Both the position numbers and the translations under genes were made by a program. Positions 18,718-27,721 of a stretch of DNA of 64,000 nucleotides are shown here, one piece after another. The notes beneath the pieces are model-generated. The model was not told the origin of the DNA. It saw only the letters and a list, made by a program, of their open reading frames with translations, and made no database searches. The stretch is from IMG/VR virus record IMGVR_UViG_3300042868_009074, positions 203,767-267,766 of that record. One strand, 5' to 3'. Position 1 is the first letter of the stretch, and each line of letters opens with the position of its first letter.

Positions 18718-18960
18718 ATGTCAATTAACATTTTAGTCGGATCAGATCCCGACGATATCCCCCGCATCGTGGACACGATTGCAGCACTTGAATTCCTTCA
18801 TAATATCCTTCCACAACACCAATCTGTATTAGATTTAGAAGGTGGAGAATTTAATGGAGAAAAAGTAGAATATCTTATTGACTGGTATAAGTCAATGAAA
18901 GATGTTATACTTTATGCAGGAAACACCGAAGACGTAGTCTTAGAACCTAACCTCGTCTAA
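18718..18960 (+). CDS. hypothetical protein
   Basis: AGGAG RBS. Confidence 0.7.
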   Translation: MSINILVGSDPDDIPRIVDTIAALEFLHNILPQHQSVLDLEGGEFNGEKVEYLIDWYKSMKDVILYAGNTEDVVLEPNLV

Positions 18961-18965
18961 CATCT

Positions 18966-19049
18966 GCCCGAGTGGCGGAATAGGCAGACGCAGGGGGCTT
19001 AAACCCCCCGGAGGGCAACCTCTTACCGGTTCAAGTCCGGTCTCGGGTA
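18966..19049 (+). tRNA. tRNA-Leu(TAA)
   Basis: GCCCGAG/CTCGGGT acceptor, GGGGG-CTTAAAC-CCCCC anticodon arm, long variable arm, GGTTCAAGTCC. Confidence 0.95.
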
Positions 19050-19078
19050 CTATGCAATACACTATAATAAGGAAAAAA

Positions 19079-19552
19079 ATGAACGATATTTTACTAGACC
19101 CACCAACACCTCAAGCTCCTAAGCCAGGTGCAGGTATGAAACAAATGGGAATTATCATGGGACTAATTGCAGTTGTTGCATTACTCATTGGTATTCTTTT
19201 AGCATCTGGGAGTAAAACATCAGATTCTGTAGTTACCACACCGCCTGCCCCAGTGCAAACTTATGCTCCAGCTCCAGTTGTCAACAAGTATGAAGCTTAT
19301 CTTGACCATGTTTATAATAACTCTGGTCAAGCTAATACAATTACTAAAGCTTCTCTTATTGAATATGGAGATACTATTTGTTCTGCCTTAGATAATGGTA
19401 GAACAATTCCTTATATCGTAGGTTATCTTTCAAATAGTTCTTCTGGCGAAACCGATGCTGCTTTGTATGCTTCAGTAATCTTTGGAGCTATCACTTATAT
19501 TTGCGATGAATATAAAGGTGATCTTAACCTTTATCTTTCTAACTCCAATTAA
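19079..19552 (+). CDS. membrane-anchored DUF732-like protein
   Basis: TM helix, Pro-rich linker, YL...LI..G..IC.AL..G...AITYIC pattern typical of actinobacterial lipoproteins. Confidence 0.6.
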   Translation: MNDILLDPPTPQAPKPGAGMKQMGIIMGLIAVVALLIGILLASGSKTSDSVVTTPPAPVQTYAPAPVVNKYEAYLDHVYNNSGQANTITKASLIEYGDTICSALDNGRTIPYIVGYLSNSSSGETDAALYASVIFGAITYICDEYKGDLNLYLSNSN

Positions 19553-19570
19553 TATTTAAGGAAACATTTT

Positions 19571-20803
19571 ATGTCTATTCTAGTATCTGAACTAGATCTT
19601 CCTTATGTACCACCTAAACTTATTAAATCTGATTTAACAACTTATGATCAATTTAAAATTGGTTTAGAAGCTCATAAGCAAAACTGGATTGGCACAACAA
19701 AACTTTCTTATGTGATTTTAGACCACAAGCATTCTGCTGCTATGTTGAAAGACAAGAGATGGCACAATGGTTTGTATTTATTAAGCGAACTTAATCCTCA
19801 TTTTACTGAAGAGATTAAGATGAGTAGGAAAAAATTAATAATTAACTTAGAAGGCGAAGATCATTCAAGACTCAGAAAGATAATTGCTCCAGTTTTTTCA
19901 CCAAAGACAGCTGAGCTTCTTCGACCAGACATGCAAGATGCTATCAATCAAGTTCTTAATGATGTCATCGAAAGCGGTCAATGCGATTTGCAAAAAGATG
20001 TATTCAACAAGTATCCATCATACATTATCTCTAAGATAGTAGGAGTCCCCAATTCAGATTGGGAGAAGTTTAGTCAATGGGCTGATGATACCTTCAAAAC
20101 ATTTGGTGGAAACTTTGAACACCATAGCGAAGTTATATTAAATACTCAAAATGAATTAGATCAATATACTAATAATTTAATCATCAGCAAAAAAGAAAAC
20201 AAAGGCAATGACCTTGTTTCTATGTTAATTGACGCAGAATTTGATGGTCAAAAATTATCAGATCAAGAAATACAATCTCTTATCCAAGTAGTTCTGATGG
20301 CAGGCATGGATACGACTAGAGCACAGCTTGGTCTTATAGCAGTTATGCTATCTGAGAGACCAGATTTAATATCGATGTTAGCCAATGATTTAAATGTTGA
20401 AGATATAATAGAAGAGTCTACTCGCTTAGATTCTGTTTTTAAATATGTAATGAGAATTGCTTCAGAAGACATTGAATACAATGGAGTCTTATTCCCTAAG
20501 GGAACAATTATCTCCCCAGCATTGGGTGTTAATAATTACGATGACTTAGCTTTTGAAAACGCATCTGAATTTATTCTTGATCGTAAAGCAACAAAGGGCA
20601 TTACCCTGTCTTATGGTGGTGGAATTCATTACTGTCTCGGTGCTTCTTTAGCACGAGCTCAAATGCAGGAATGTATGAAAGTTGTTGCAAAAAGAATGCC
20701 AGATTATAAAATTACTGGAGAAGTTCTTTATAAAGAAGCTTACGAATCAGTAGTCGGTCCAAGATCTATCCCTGTGACTTTTACACCTAACATTAAGATT
20801 TGA
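19571..20803 (+). CDS. cytochrome P450
   Basis: H.RLRK, AGMDTT (I-helix), ESTR (ExxR), YGGGIHYCLG heme ligand. Confidence 0.95.
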   Translation: MSILVSELDLPYVPPKLIKSDLTTYDQFKIGLEAHKQNWIGTTKLSYVILDHKHSAAMLKDKRWHNGLYLLSELNPHFTEEIKMSRKKLIINLEGEDHSRLRKIIAPVFSPKTAELLRPDMQDAINQVLNDVIESGQCDLQKDVFNKYPSYIISKIVGVPNSDWEKFSQWADDTFKTFGGNFEHHSEVILNTQNELDQYTNNLIISKKENKGNDLVSMLIDAEFDGQKLSDQEIQSLIQVVLMAGMDTTRAQLGLIAVMLSERPDLISMLANDLNVEDIIEESTRLDSVFKYVMRIASEDIEYNGVLFPKGTIISPALGVNNYDDLAFENASEFILDRKATKGITLSYGGGIHYCLGASLARAQMQECMKVVAKRMPDYKITGEVLYKEAYESVVGPRSIPVTFTPNIKI

Positions 20804-20806
20804 TAT

Positions 20807-21019
20807 ATGGACAGTCAAATAATTAAAGCACAGATGTCTTCTCTTATTGGTAGAAGGATAGAACTTGTTGATTGCACTGATGAGTTCACCCCAATGACAC
20901 CTGGTACCAAAGGAACTATATCTTATATAGATGATATTGGTACAGTCTTTGTTGATTGGGATAACGGATCTGCATTAGGTCTTATCCCTGGAATAGATAA
21001 ATGGAAGTATATTAAATGA
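20807..21019 (+). CDS. DUF4314-like small beta protein
   Basis: GRRIELV...GTKGTI..IDD.G.V.V.WDNG..LGLIPG.D. Confidence 0.75.
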   Translation: MDSQIIKAQMSSLIGRRIELVDCTDEFTPMTPGTKGTISYIDDIGTVFVDWDNGSALGLIPGIDKWKYIK

Positions 21020-21312
21020 CTATTACATTTGGAACACGGTCACTCGAAGGAGTGACATTAGAACACAAAACATTAGAAGAATCATTAGAGGCTTTTATGG
21101 CTGCTGATGGTTATAGAATAGATTTCATGTTCCCAGATGGAAGATTTCTTTTTATTCATCGGGGAGAATATGGCGATGACATTCCTGAAGAAAAGTTAAA
21201 TCACCCTGCATGGAGGAACTACAAACAAGCTGTCTCTAAAGTTCTTGTTTATGATCCTCAAAATTTGCACAACAATAATGACAACGTAACTTACGTTGAT
21301 TTTTCTTCTTAA
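21016..21312 (+). CDS. hypothetical protein
   Basis: 98-aa ORF. Confidence 0.7.
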   Translation: MTITFGTRSLEGVTLEHKTLEESLEAFMAADGYRIDFMFPDGRFLFIHRGEYGDDIPEEKLNHPAWRNYKQAVSKVLVYDPQNLHNNNDNVTYVDFSS

Positions 21313-21315
21313 GAT

Positions 21316-21418
21316 TTTAGCTAGTAGCGTGTTCGATTTACTATTTGGAATTCGGAACGATATTAATAGTTACACACAGCACGTGGGCCTATATTCCCCG
21401 TAACTACTACTAGCTAGA
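21316..21418 (+). ncRNA. structured RNA unit 1 of a tandem pair
   Basis: TAGCTAGTAG/CTACTAGCTA closing stem stacked on TAGTTAC/GTAACTA. Confidence 0.55.
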
Positions 21419-21423
21419 TAAGT

Positions 21424-21539
21424 TTGATGGTAGCTGGTAAATTCCTACTAAGCGATTTTCGCAGAAATAAGCCGGTGTGAATTGCTAACTAAAAGTAACG
21501 ATACTAGTGGCCCCATATCGCCCCGTTACCTACCATCAA
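21424..21539 (+). ncRNA. structured RNA unit 2 of a tandem pair
   Basis: TTGATGGTAG/CTACCATCAA closing stem stacked on GTAAC/GTTAC; same loop motif as unit 1. Confidence 0.55.
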
Positions 21540-21791
21540 TTAATTTAAATTTAAAGGCAGTATTTTTTATGAACTTTTTTGCTATGACTATGTGCATATC
21601 AATTGTTGGTGGAACAATACTTTGCATTATATATGATGCTTATAAATATAAGGACTGAATATGATTCATTCTATTAAACAACTTATTATCCGTATTCGTT
21701 TTAAACGAACAGCTAGACAACGTCATAAATCATACAATAAAATGCATCAGACTCCTTATGGAGTTCCCACTAGAAATCAAGGATATTACGA

Positions 21792-21980
21792 ATGACTTAC
21801 ATTAAAATGCATGTTAAAGATAAGCTAGACATTATTGCTCATGTTTTAACTCGTAATGGCATTACTGTTTGGTATGGTATACCAGAACAGATAGTTGATG
21901 AACTTAAAGCTAATGGCTATAAGATAAAAAAGCGTAAGAATTTTAAAAACCTTACATCTAAGAATCAACCATACTTATAA
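21792..21980 (+). CDS. hypothetical protein
   Basis: 62-aa ORF in a chain of small genes. Confidence 0.55.
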   Translation: MTYIKMHVKDKLDIIAHVLTRNGITVWYGIPEQIVDELKANGYKIKKRKNFKNLTSKNQPYL

Positions 21981-22104
21981 TGATAGCTTATGTAATCATT
22001 GCTATTGGTTCTTTGTGGGGCATCTTAACTTTTATTGGGTTCCATGAAGAAGATAAAGAAATTAAAGAGATGATTGAATCTGCTCGCAAAGCAACTGAAA
22101 ACAA

Positions 22105-22177
22105 GCGCCTTTAGCTCAGTTGGTAGAGCAGTGGACTTTTAATCCATGTGTCCCGGGTTCGAACCCCGGAGGGCGCA
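22105..22177 (+). tRNA. tRNA-Lys(TTT)
   Basis: Canonical cloverleaf, GTGGA-CTTTTAA-TCCAT. Confidence 0.95.
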
Positions 22178-22445
22178 CTATTAAAGATGTGTCTGTACTA
22201 TATACAATACAAATCCAAAAGTTAGAGGGTAAACACAATGGAAGCAACTCCTAAACAACTAGCAACTAATCTCATAGATAAAGCTATTAAAGATATATCA
22301 GGTAGAGATCTTGTTTCCACCAATGAAATGACTGATCTTCTTCTTGATATTAGGCTTTATCTTCTGGCTCAAGAAGAGCCAGTCCCCCAGTAGATCTAAT
22401 CTATGCTATACTTAATAAATATTAGAAACAAATGAAAGATATATA

Positions 22446-22646
22446 ATGAACAAAGGTACAGTAAAATTCTTCAATGATGAAAAAGGCTTCGGCTTTATTT
22501 CACGTGAAAACGGTGACGATTTATTCGTTCACTTCTCAAACATCGAAGGTACAGGTCGCCGTTCTTTGGCTACCGGTCAAGAAGTAGAGTTTGAAGTTGG
22601 TCAAGGCCAAAAAGGCATGGAAGCTAAGAACGTCCGCCCACTCTAA
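22446..22646 (+). CDS. cspA: cold-shock protein
   Basis: [16 protein letters not shown]...DLFVHFS RNP motifs. Confidence 0.95.
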   Translation: MNKGTVKFFNDEKGFGFISRENGDDLFVHFSNIEGTGRRSLATGQEVEFEVGQGQKGMEAKNVRPL

Positions 22647-22656
22647 TAAGGTAGTT

Positions 22657-22857
22657 ATGAAAATTAAATTTACAGCTGAAATAACCATGGATATTCCTGG
22701 TGAATTTCAAGACGATGCAGATGCAGTTCAACTGATTACAGAAGAACTTCGGGATAGACTAGAGACAGAAGTTGAGTACGATAAGTACGATCAACCTTCT
22801 CTTATGTTTCTAACTGCAGAAGTTCGTAGTTATTTTGTAACTGCCGGAAGAGTTTAA
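22657..22857 (+). CDS. hypothetical protein
   Basis: AAGG RBS, ATG 22657. Confidence 0.6.
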   Translation: MKIKFTAEITMDIPGEFQDDADAVQLITEELRDRLETEVEYDKYDQPSLMFLTAEVRSYFVTAGRV

Positions 22858-22993
22858 TTGCTCTAGGCATTTTATTTCGGGAGCTTACAGTCCCCATTGT
22901 TACGGATCCCCACTCGTTTACGACTGGCCCGTCCACAAAGTGAATATACCAATCCACCTTTCTCCCCAGATAAGGTGGTCACAACTGTCCTAC

Positions 22994-23067
22994 GGGCCTT
23001 TAGCTCAGTTGGTTAGAGCAGGGTGCTCATAACGCCTTGGTCCTCGGTTCGAGTCCGGGAAGGCCCA
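22994..23067 (+). tRNA. tRNA(CAT), probably Ile2 (lysidine type) rather than Met
   Basis: Canonical cloverleaf, loop CTCATAA; body resembles Ile2 tRNAs. Confidence 0.85.
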
Positions 23068-23226
23068 CTATGATAAATCTTTTATTCACCTATATTTGGT
23101 TATTCTATATTGGATTAACCGAGTCTATAGTTATGCAGTTTGCAGCAATACTTATATTTTATGTTGCTTCTCGAATTGCATACGCCCCTACTGATAATTG
23201 GTATTATCCCAAACAGGAAGACTAAT

Positions 23227-23424
23227 ATGCCAAGATATAATTTAAACCGTGAAGATGTAGATCTTCTTGTCGACGCTTTACAGAACTACTTAGTTAATAA
23301 TGGTTTTGAAAAACATCCTACTAGAGTAGTTAGTCTTAAGAATAGACTCTTATTAAAAATCAAACCTGAAGATCTATCACTCGATGAGGTAGATGTTTGG
23401 TCCGCATTTCAAGAAGGTAACTAA
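23227..23424 (+). CDS. hypothetical protein
   Basis: AGGA RBS, ATG 23227. Confidence 0.6.
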   Translation: MPRYNLNREDVDLLVDALQNYLVNNGFEKHPTRVVSLKNRLLLKIKPEDLSLDEVDVWSAFQEGN

Positions 23425-23687
23425 TGCCATATATTGAACAATCTGATAGAAGCTTTTTTGATGAAAAGATTTCTTTTAAAAATAATGCAATACAAACTCC
23501 AGGTGAGTTAAACTATTTCATTACCAAGATAGTTGATCATTATATTTCAAGTCATGGTAAAAACTATTCTAGTATCAATGAAGCTATTGGCGTATTAGAA
23601 TGCGCAAAACTTGAACTTTATCGTAGAATTGCAGCACCTTATGAAGATGCAAAGATACAACAAAACGGTGATGTTTACACCGCCTAA
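23424..23687 (+). CDS. conserved phage protein (DUF6899-like)
   Basis: GELNY.IT...[28 protein letters not shown]. Confidence 0.65.
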   Translation: MPYIEQSDRSFFDEKISFKNNAIQTPGELNYFITKIVDHYISSHGKNYSSINEAIGVLECAKLELYRRIAAPYEDAKIQQNGDVYTA

Positions 23688-23702
23688 TTAAGGAGAACCC
23701 AA

Positions 23703-24185
23703 ATGGGTATGGACGTCTATGGCAATAAGCCAAAGAACGAACTTGGTGAATACTTTCGTGCCAACGTATGGTACTGGCATCCTATGTGGGATTGTTTAGA
23801 CCAACTCCACCCTACTATTTGTTCTAAGTGCGAAAGCCCCCATGATAATTCTGGCGCAGGTTTAAGTGCTAAAGACTCTATAACTCTTGCTAAACTTTTA
23901 AAAAAAGATTTAGAAGATGGAACTATAAAAGCATATATTGAACAATACAAAGCCCACATGGATTCTCTTCCATTGGATGATTGCAAGTATTGTGAAGGCT
24001 TAGGTGTTCGTGTTTGGAAAGAAGCAGATGCTAATGGTCAAGAACAGAGTGTTACTAAACAATGTAACTCTTGCCAAGGTACTTTAAAAGTAGCTAACTT
24101 TGCTACTCATTACCATATGGATTATGATCTTCTCGTAGAGTTCCAACTATTCTTGCAAAATTGTGGCGGATTTAGGATTTGCTAA
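23703..24185 (+). CDS. phage protein with DnaJ-type CxxCxGxG zinc finger
   Basis: CKYCEGLG and CNSCQGT; AGGAG RBS. Confidence 0.75.
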   Translation: MGMDVYGNKPKNELGEYFRANVWYWHPMWDCLDQLHPTICSKCESPHDNSGAGLSAKDSITLAKLLKKDLEDGTIKAYIEQYKAHMDSLPLDDCKYCEGLGVRVWKEADANGQEQSVTKQCNSCQGTLKVANFATHYHMDYDLLVEFQLFLQNCGGFRIC

Positions 24186-24420
24186 TATGTCATTTCAAAA
24201 CAAGCAGAGCATTAAACATCCTCCTTTGAGTATGAGAATGAAAGTTCTTGAAGTATATTATAAAAAGCTCAGTGAGTCAGATCATATTGATGCACTTGTT
24301 CTTTATAAAAATACTATGGGTGGACTTTACCATAGGTTTAATCCATGGTTAAGACAACGATTCTATACCAGAAAATCTTTTATGCCTAAGGAAGAAGAAG
24401 AATACGATGACTATAATTAA
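24163..24420 (+). CDS. hypothetical protein
   Basis: ORF track. Confidence 0.55.
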   Translation: MADLGFANMSFQNKQSIKHPPLSMRMKVLEVYYKKLSESDHIDALVLYKNTMGGLYHRFNPWLRQRFYTRKSFMPKEEEEYDDYN

Positions 24421-24694
24421 TATCAAAAGAGATTCTAGCATTCATCTAGTATTAAAATATTTAAAGATGAAAAATTCTAGACCTTCAACTCAAAAAGATA
24501 TTTATACATTTAATCCTAATAAGTTTGATTCTTCTTATGATGTTCAGGATTTGCTTAACAATTTAATTGATCAGCAATTTGCTATTTGCAAAAACAAACA
24601 GTATACTATTACTCCACGAGGTAAAGAGGCTCTTTGTTTTATAACCGCACAACAACCATTACCGAGATACAATGACAAAGCATCTATCATTTAA
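24407..24694 (+). CDS. possible winged-helix protein
   Basis: LNNLI...YTITPRGKEAL wing-like ending. Confidence 0.55.
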   Translation: MTIINIKRDSSIHLVLKYLKMKNSRPSTQKDIYTFNPNKFDSSYDVQDLLNNLIDQQFAICKNKQYTITPRGKEALCFITAQQPLPRYNDKASII

Positions 24695-24737
24695 ATTAGA
24701 CTTTCGAATAACCACCGATACTACCCCAGCTTATCAA

Positions 24738-24814
24738 GCGGGTGTATCCCCTCACTCTTATAAAGTGTAGAAAGGGTAGTTGGTGGCACGCGGGTTCAAA
24801 TCCCGTCACCCGCA
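24738..24814 (+). ncRNA. D-armless tRNA-like RNA, anticodon TAT (Ile AUA)
   Basis: Perfect GCGGGTG/CACCCGC-A acceptor, GCGGG-TTCAAAT-CCCGT T arm, CACT-CTTATAA-AGTG arm only 5 nt after position 9. Confidence 0.6.
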
Positions 24815-24832
24815 CTTTACCGAAAGGTTCTT

Positions 24833-25117
24833 ATGGAATCCGAACAATTAGATGATATAATTAATTCAGTCATCAATGAACATGATGTTATACTGAATAA
24901 TTATAACGATATCTATTCTTTATTCAAAGAAATTATTTGGATGCCCAAACAAGTTCTCATAAATCTTTCTTCTGTTGTTGAGTATATGCAAAGTAAAGAT
25001 TCCAAATCAACATTGGATGCGCTACAAGAAACTAGTGCAATCCTTGAATCATTAAACAAAAAAATCAATCAATCAATTGAGTTAATCAAATCTGGAGAAG
25101 TTGTTGAAAAAAACTAG
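24833..25117 (+). CDS. hypothetical protein
   Basis: 94-aa ORF. Confidence 0.65.
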   Translation: MESEQLDDIINSVINEHDVILNNYNDIYSLFKEIIWMPKQVLINLSSVVEYMQSKDSKSTLDALQETSAILESLNKKINQSIELIKSGEVVEKN

Positions 25118-25508
25118 TAGAAAACCAAAAGGCTCTAAAAAGCTAGATGACTTTAATATTATTTCTGCTAATGAAAATGGTTGGAGACACAAAGCTTCTT
25201 GCTCTTCTAAGGAAGTCAATAGCAATTGGTTCTTTGCTCAACCTAAATCCCCTGAAGCCAATAGAGCTTTAAGCGTTTGCAAAAACTGTCCTGTTAAAGC
25301 TAATTGTCTTTACGATGCAATCATGTATCAATACCATGGTATATGGGGTGGCTATACTCAAGAAGCCCGTAATAAGATAATTGTTCATTACCTCAATAAT
25401 GATTTGACTTCTTTTACCCTTGAGCAAGCAAAACAAATCTATGATCATGTAGAACAATCTGGACAGCGTAAACCTGTCAATACAACTAACGTCCATATAA
25501 AACGTTAG
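25101..25508 (+). CDS. whiB: WhiB-family Fe-S transcription factor
   Basis: WRHKASC...WFF...C..CPV...CL.DA....HGIWGG. Confidence 0.9.
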   Translation: MLKKTSRKPKGSKKLDDFNIISANENGWRHKASCSSKEVNSNWFFAQPKSPEANRALSVCKNCPVKANCLYDAIMYQYHGIWGGYTQEARNKIIVHYLNNDLTSFTLEQAKQIYDHVEQSGQRKPVNTTNVHIKR

Positions 25509-25524
25509 GTACAACTATTCTGGA

Positions 25525-26289
25525 GTGTGTATGCACAACTATTCTTTTAACGATAACGATGATGACATCTTTGATGAAGAAAAAACTTTAACTAGTTCTA
25601 AACCTAAAGAACAAAAAAACTTTAAAGAAGATGTTAAAGATAAAGTTTCTGATTCAGACAAAGAGTTGAAAGACCTTATCGATTCTTTGTCATTAGACGA
25701 TGATGAACAGAAACCTTTTAGCTTTGTTGCTAGTCTTGCTCTTAACTTTTATGGAGCTTCTGTTAAATGGATACAATCTAATCATGATGATCAGTTTAAG
25801 AAAGCTCTTCATTCTTATTTAGAATCTCTTAATAAAGGTAACCAAAAATCTTTTCCTTTTTATGAGAAGTACTATACAGCTCAATCTGATTTAGCTATGC
25901 GGAGAGTCGTTAATTTATTCTTACAAGAAGTAGTTAATTCTCCAGAAAAAATAGAACAACTAGTTAATAAAATTGGTTCTTCAGTTGATCCTAATTTTGT
26001 GACTACTTACTTTGCATCTTACTTTAATATAAACCAGTTTACTATTTTAGAATGCTTCTCTCATTACAAAGCTCTAGCTCAGTACTTAGATCTTCCATTT
26101 GATGACTCAATAATGAAAGAGGTTAGTGGAGGAGCTCTTTCTCCAATTGACTATGAAACATTTTCTTCTAATCAATTCTCTCTTGCCATTATGGATAATC
26201 AAGAACTTAAGACTATCCTTACAGAAGTATTATCTGAATCAATAAAGACCTTTGTAAGAGTTAAGAACTTAGAAGATCTAGATATATAA
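25525..26289 (+). CDS. hypothetical protein
   Basis: 254-aa ORF. Confidence 0.75.
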   Translation: MCMHNYSFNDNDDDIFDEEKTLTSSKPKEQKNFKEDVKDKVSDSDKELKDLIDSLSLDDDEQKPFSFVASLALNFYGASVKWIQSNHDDQFKKALHSYLESLNKGNQKSFPFYEKYYTAQSDLAMRRVVNLFLQEVVNSPEKIEQLVNKIGSSVDPNFVTTYFASYFNINQFTILECFSHYKALAQYLDLPFDDSIMKEVSGGALSPIDYETFSSNQFSLAIMDNQELKTILTEVLSESIKTFVRVKNLEDLDI

Positions 26290-26305
26290 CAGAAAGTTTT
26301 AAAAT

Positions 26306-26614
26306 ATGTCAGAAGCCGTAATAATACCCGTTGAACAAAAAGAATATGTTTCAGTTCTTTTAACTCTTGAAGTTACTGATTGCTACCACATGGCTGAACT
26401 TCTTATGACAGTTGCTTCACAGGTAGCAAGAATAAAAAACAATAAAATTTCTTTAGTAGAATCCCAAATTGTGTTATTAGATTCCGAAACTGGTCAACCA
26501 AAATACCGAGATATTGAAGATGATGACGAAGGTTATGAATATCAGATGACTGAATCTGGGGTTATTAAAAATGATGAACATTTGATTGTATTTGATCCAA
26601 ATGAAGAAATATAG
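26306..26614 (+). CDS. hypothetical protein
   Basis: 102-aa ORF. Confidence 0.7.
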   Translation: MSEAVIIPVEQKEYVSVLLTLEVTDCYHMAELLMTVASQVARIKNNKISLVESQIVLLDSETGQPKYRDIEDDDEGYEYQMTESGVIKNDEHLIVFDPNEEI

Positions 26615-26616
26615 AT

Positions 26617-27060
26617 ATGTTTATAGGAAAAAAGTTTAAATCTTTTACAGTTAGCTTTTGTACTATTGGTGCTCTCGCTGCAATCAACTATACATTGATC
26701 CATAACCCTTTAGTGTTTGTCTTTACTATGATGTTACTGGTTCATGAACTAGGTCATTATCTTATTGCTAAACTAGCTAAAGCAGATGCATCTTATCCTT
26801 TCTTTATACCTCTTCCTTTTATAGGTATAGGTATAACCAGAGTTAAAAATCTCTTACCCAAGCACAGAGCTTCCGTTGCTATTGCCGGAGTTCTGTTTTC
26901 TGCATTGTTTATTTTAAACGTTATTTTTAATAACTTTATATATCATATGTTTACTTTTTCTTCTTTATTTGTTCTTTTGTTTCTGGAATTGTTCTTTAAC
27001 TATTTCGGATCAGACGGTAATAAATACCGTCAATCAAAACTTTCTTTGCTATCTTCCTAA
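26617..27060 (+). CDS. membrane zinc peptidase-like protein (M50/site-2 protease-like)
   Basis: VHELGH within a hydrophobic helix, PFFIP, IAG. Confidence 0.65.
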   Translation: MFIGKKFKSFTVSFCTIGALAAINYTLIHNPLVFVFTMMLLVHELGHYLIAKLAKADASYPFFIPLPFIGIGITRVKNLLPKHRASVAIAGVLFSALFILNVIFNNFIYHMFTFSSLFVLLFLELFFNYFGSDGNKYRQSKLSLLSS

Positions 27061-27084
27061 ACCAAAACAAAACATAAATCATCA

Positions 27085-27327
27085 TTGAACAGGAAAACCA
27101 TGAATCAAAGCAACAAGGCCAAAGCTAATATGTTAGAAAACAAAATCAATAATTTCTTTGAAGAATCTTATTTTGATGTTCAAGGAATGACTACTAAGAT
27201 TTCTTTTAATGAGACTCAACTTGTTCGTCTTATGACTAAGATTAGTGTTGGTCTTGTGACTGTTTGGTGGTCATCGTTAGAACTCAAAACTCTGCTAAAA
27301 ACTTATCAATTATCTAAGGGGCTTTAA
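27085..27327 (+). CDS. hypothetical protein
   Basis: ORF track; likely start at the ATG near 27100. Confidence 0.55.
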   Translation: MNRKTMNQSNKAKANMLENKINNFFEESYFDVQGMTTKISFNETQLVRLMTKISVGLVTVWWSSLELKTLLKTYQLSKGL

Positions 27328-27719
27328 TGTCTGAATATCCTGAACAAATTCCAAAGGAACAAAAGCCTTTGGATAAGTTTACCTTTTCTCTTAATCTTTC
27401 CAACAAAGTTAAAGAAGATCTAGAGTCTGAACTTTCTACAATAGAAGAGAGAATAAATTCTATTGTTAATAAGGTTACTGTTGACGGGATGCCTATACTA
27501 AAAGCTATTCTTCAAACCAGCCACGATAAAAAAGAACTTAAGCGTTTAGCTAAAGGTCTAGATAGAGTTGCTGATTTGATTGAAGGATCTGATCATATTA
27601 AAACTCGGTTAAATATAATTGATACCGCACATAAAGATCCTGATTGGTTCGCTTGGACCTTTGGTGATTTCTCTGAAGAAATCGACAAGCACATTGAATC
27701 TATTCTAGACGAAAGCTGA
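27327..27719 (+). CDS. hypothetical protein
   Basis: 130-aa ORF, translationally coupled. Confidence 0.7.
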   Translation: MSEYPEQIPKEQKPLDKFTFSLNLSNKVKEDLESELSTIEERINSIVNKVTVDGMPILKAILQTSHDKKELKRLAKGLDRVADLIEGSDHIKTRLNIIDTAHKDPDWFAWTFGDFSEEIDKHIESILDES

Positions 27720-27721
27720 TT

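Noticed and set aside
22496-22511. Second parS-like palindrome TTTCACGTGAAA
   Set aside because: Three mismatches to the 16-mer and inside cspA, where it encodes the conserved I-S-R-E-N.
22878-22927. HDV-like/theta ribozyme upstream of tRNA(CAT)
   Set aside because: P1 is only 4 bp, and there is no P1.1 GG or catalytic-C linker.
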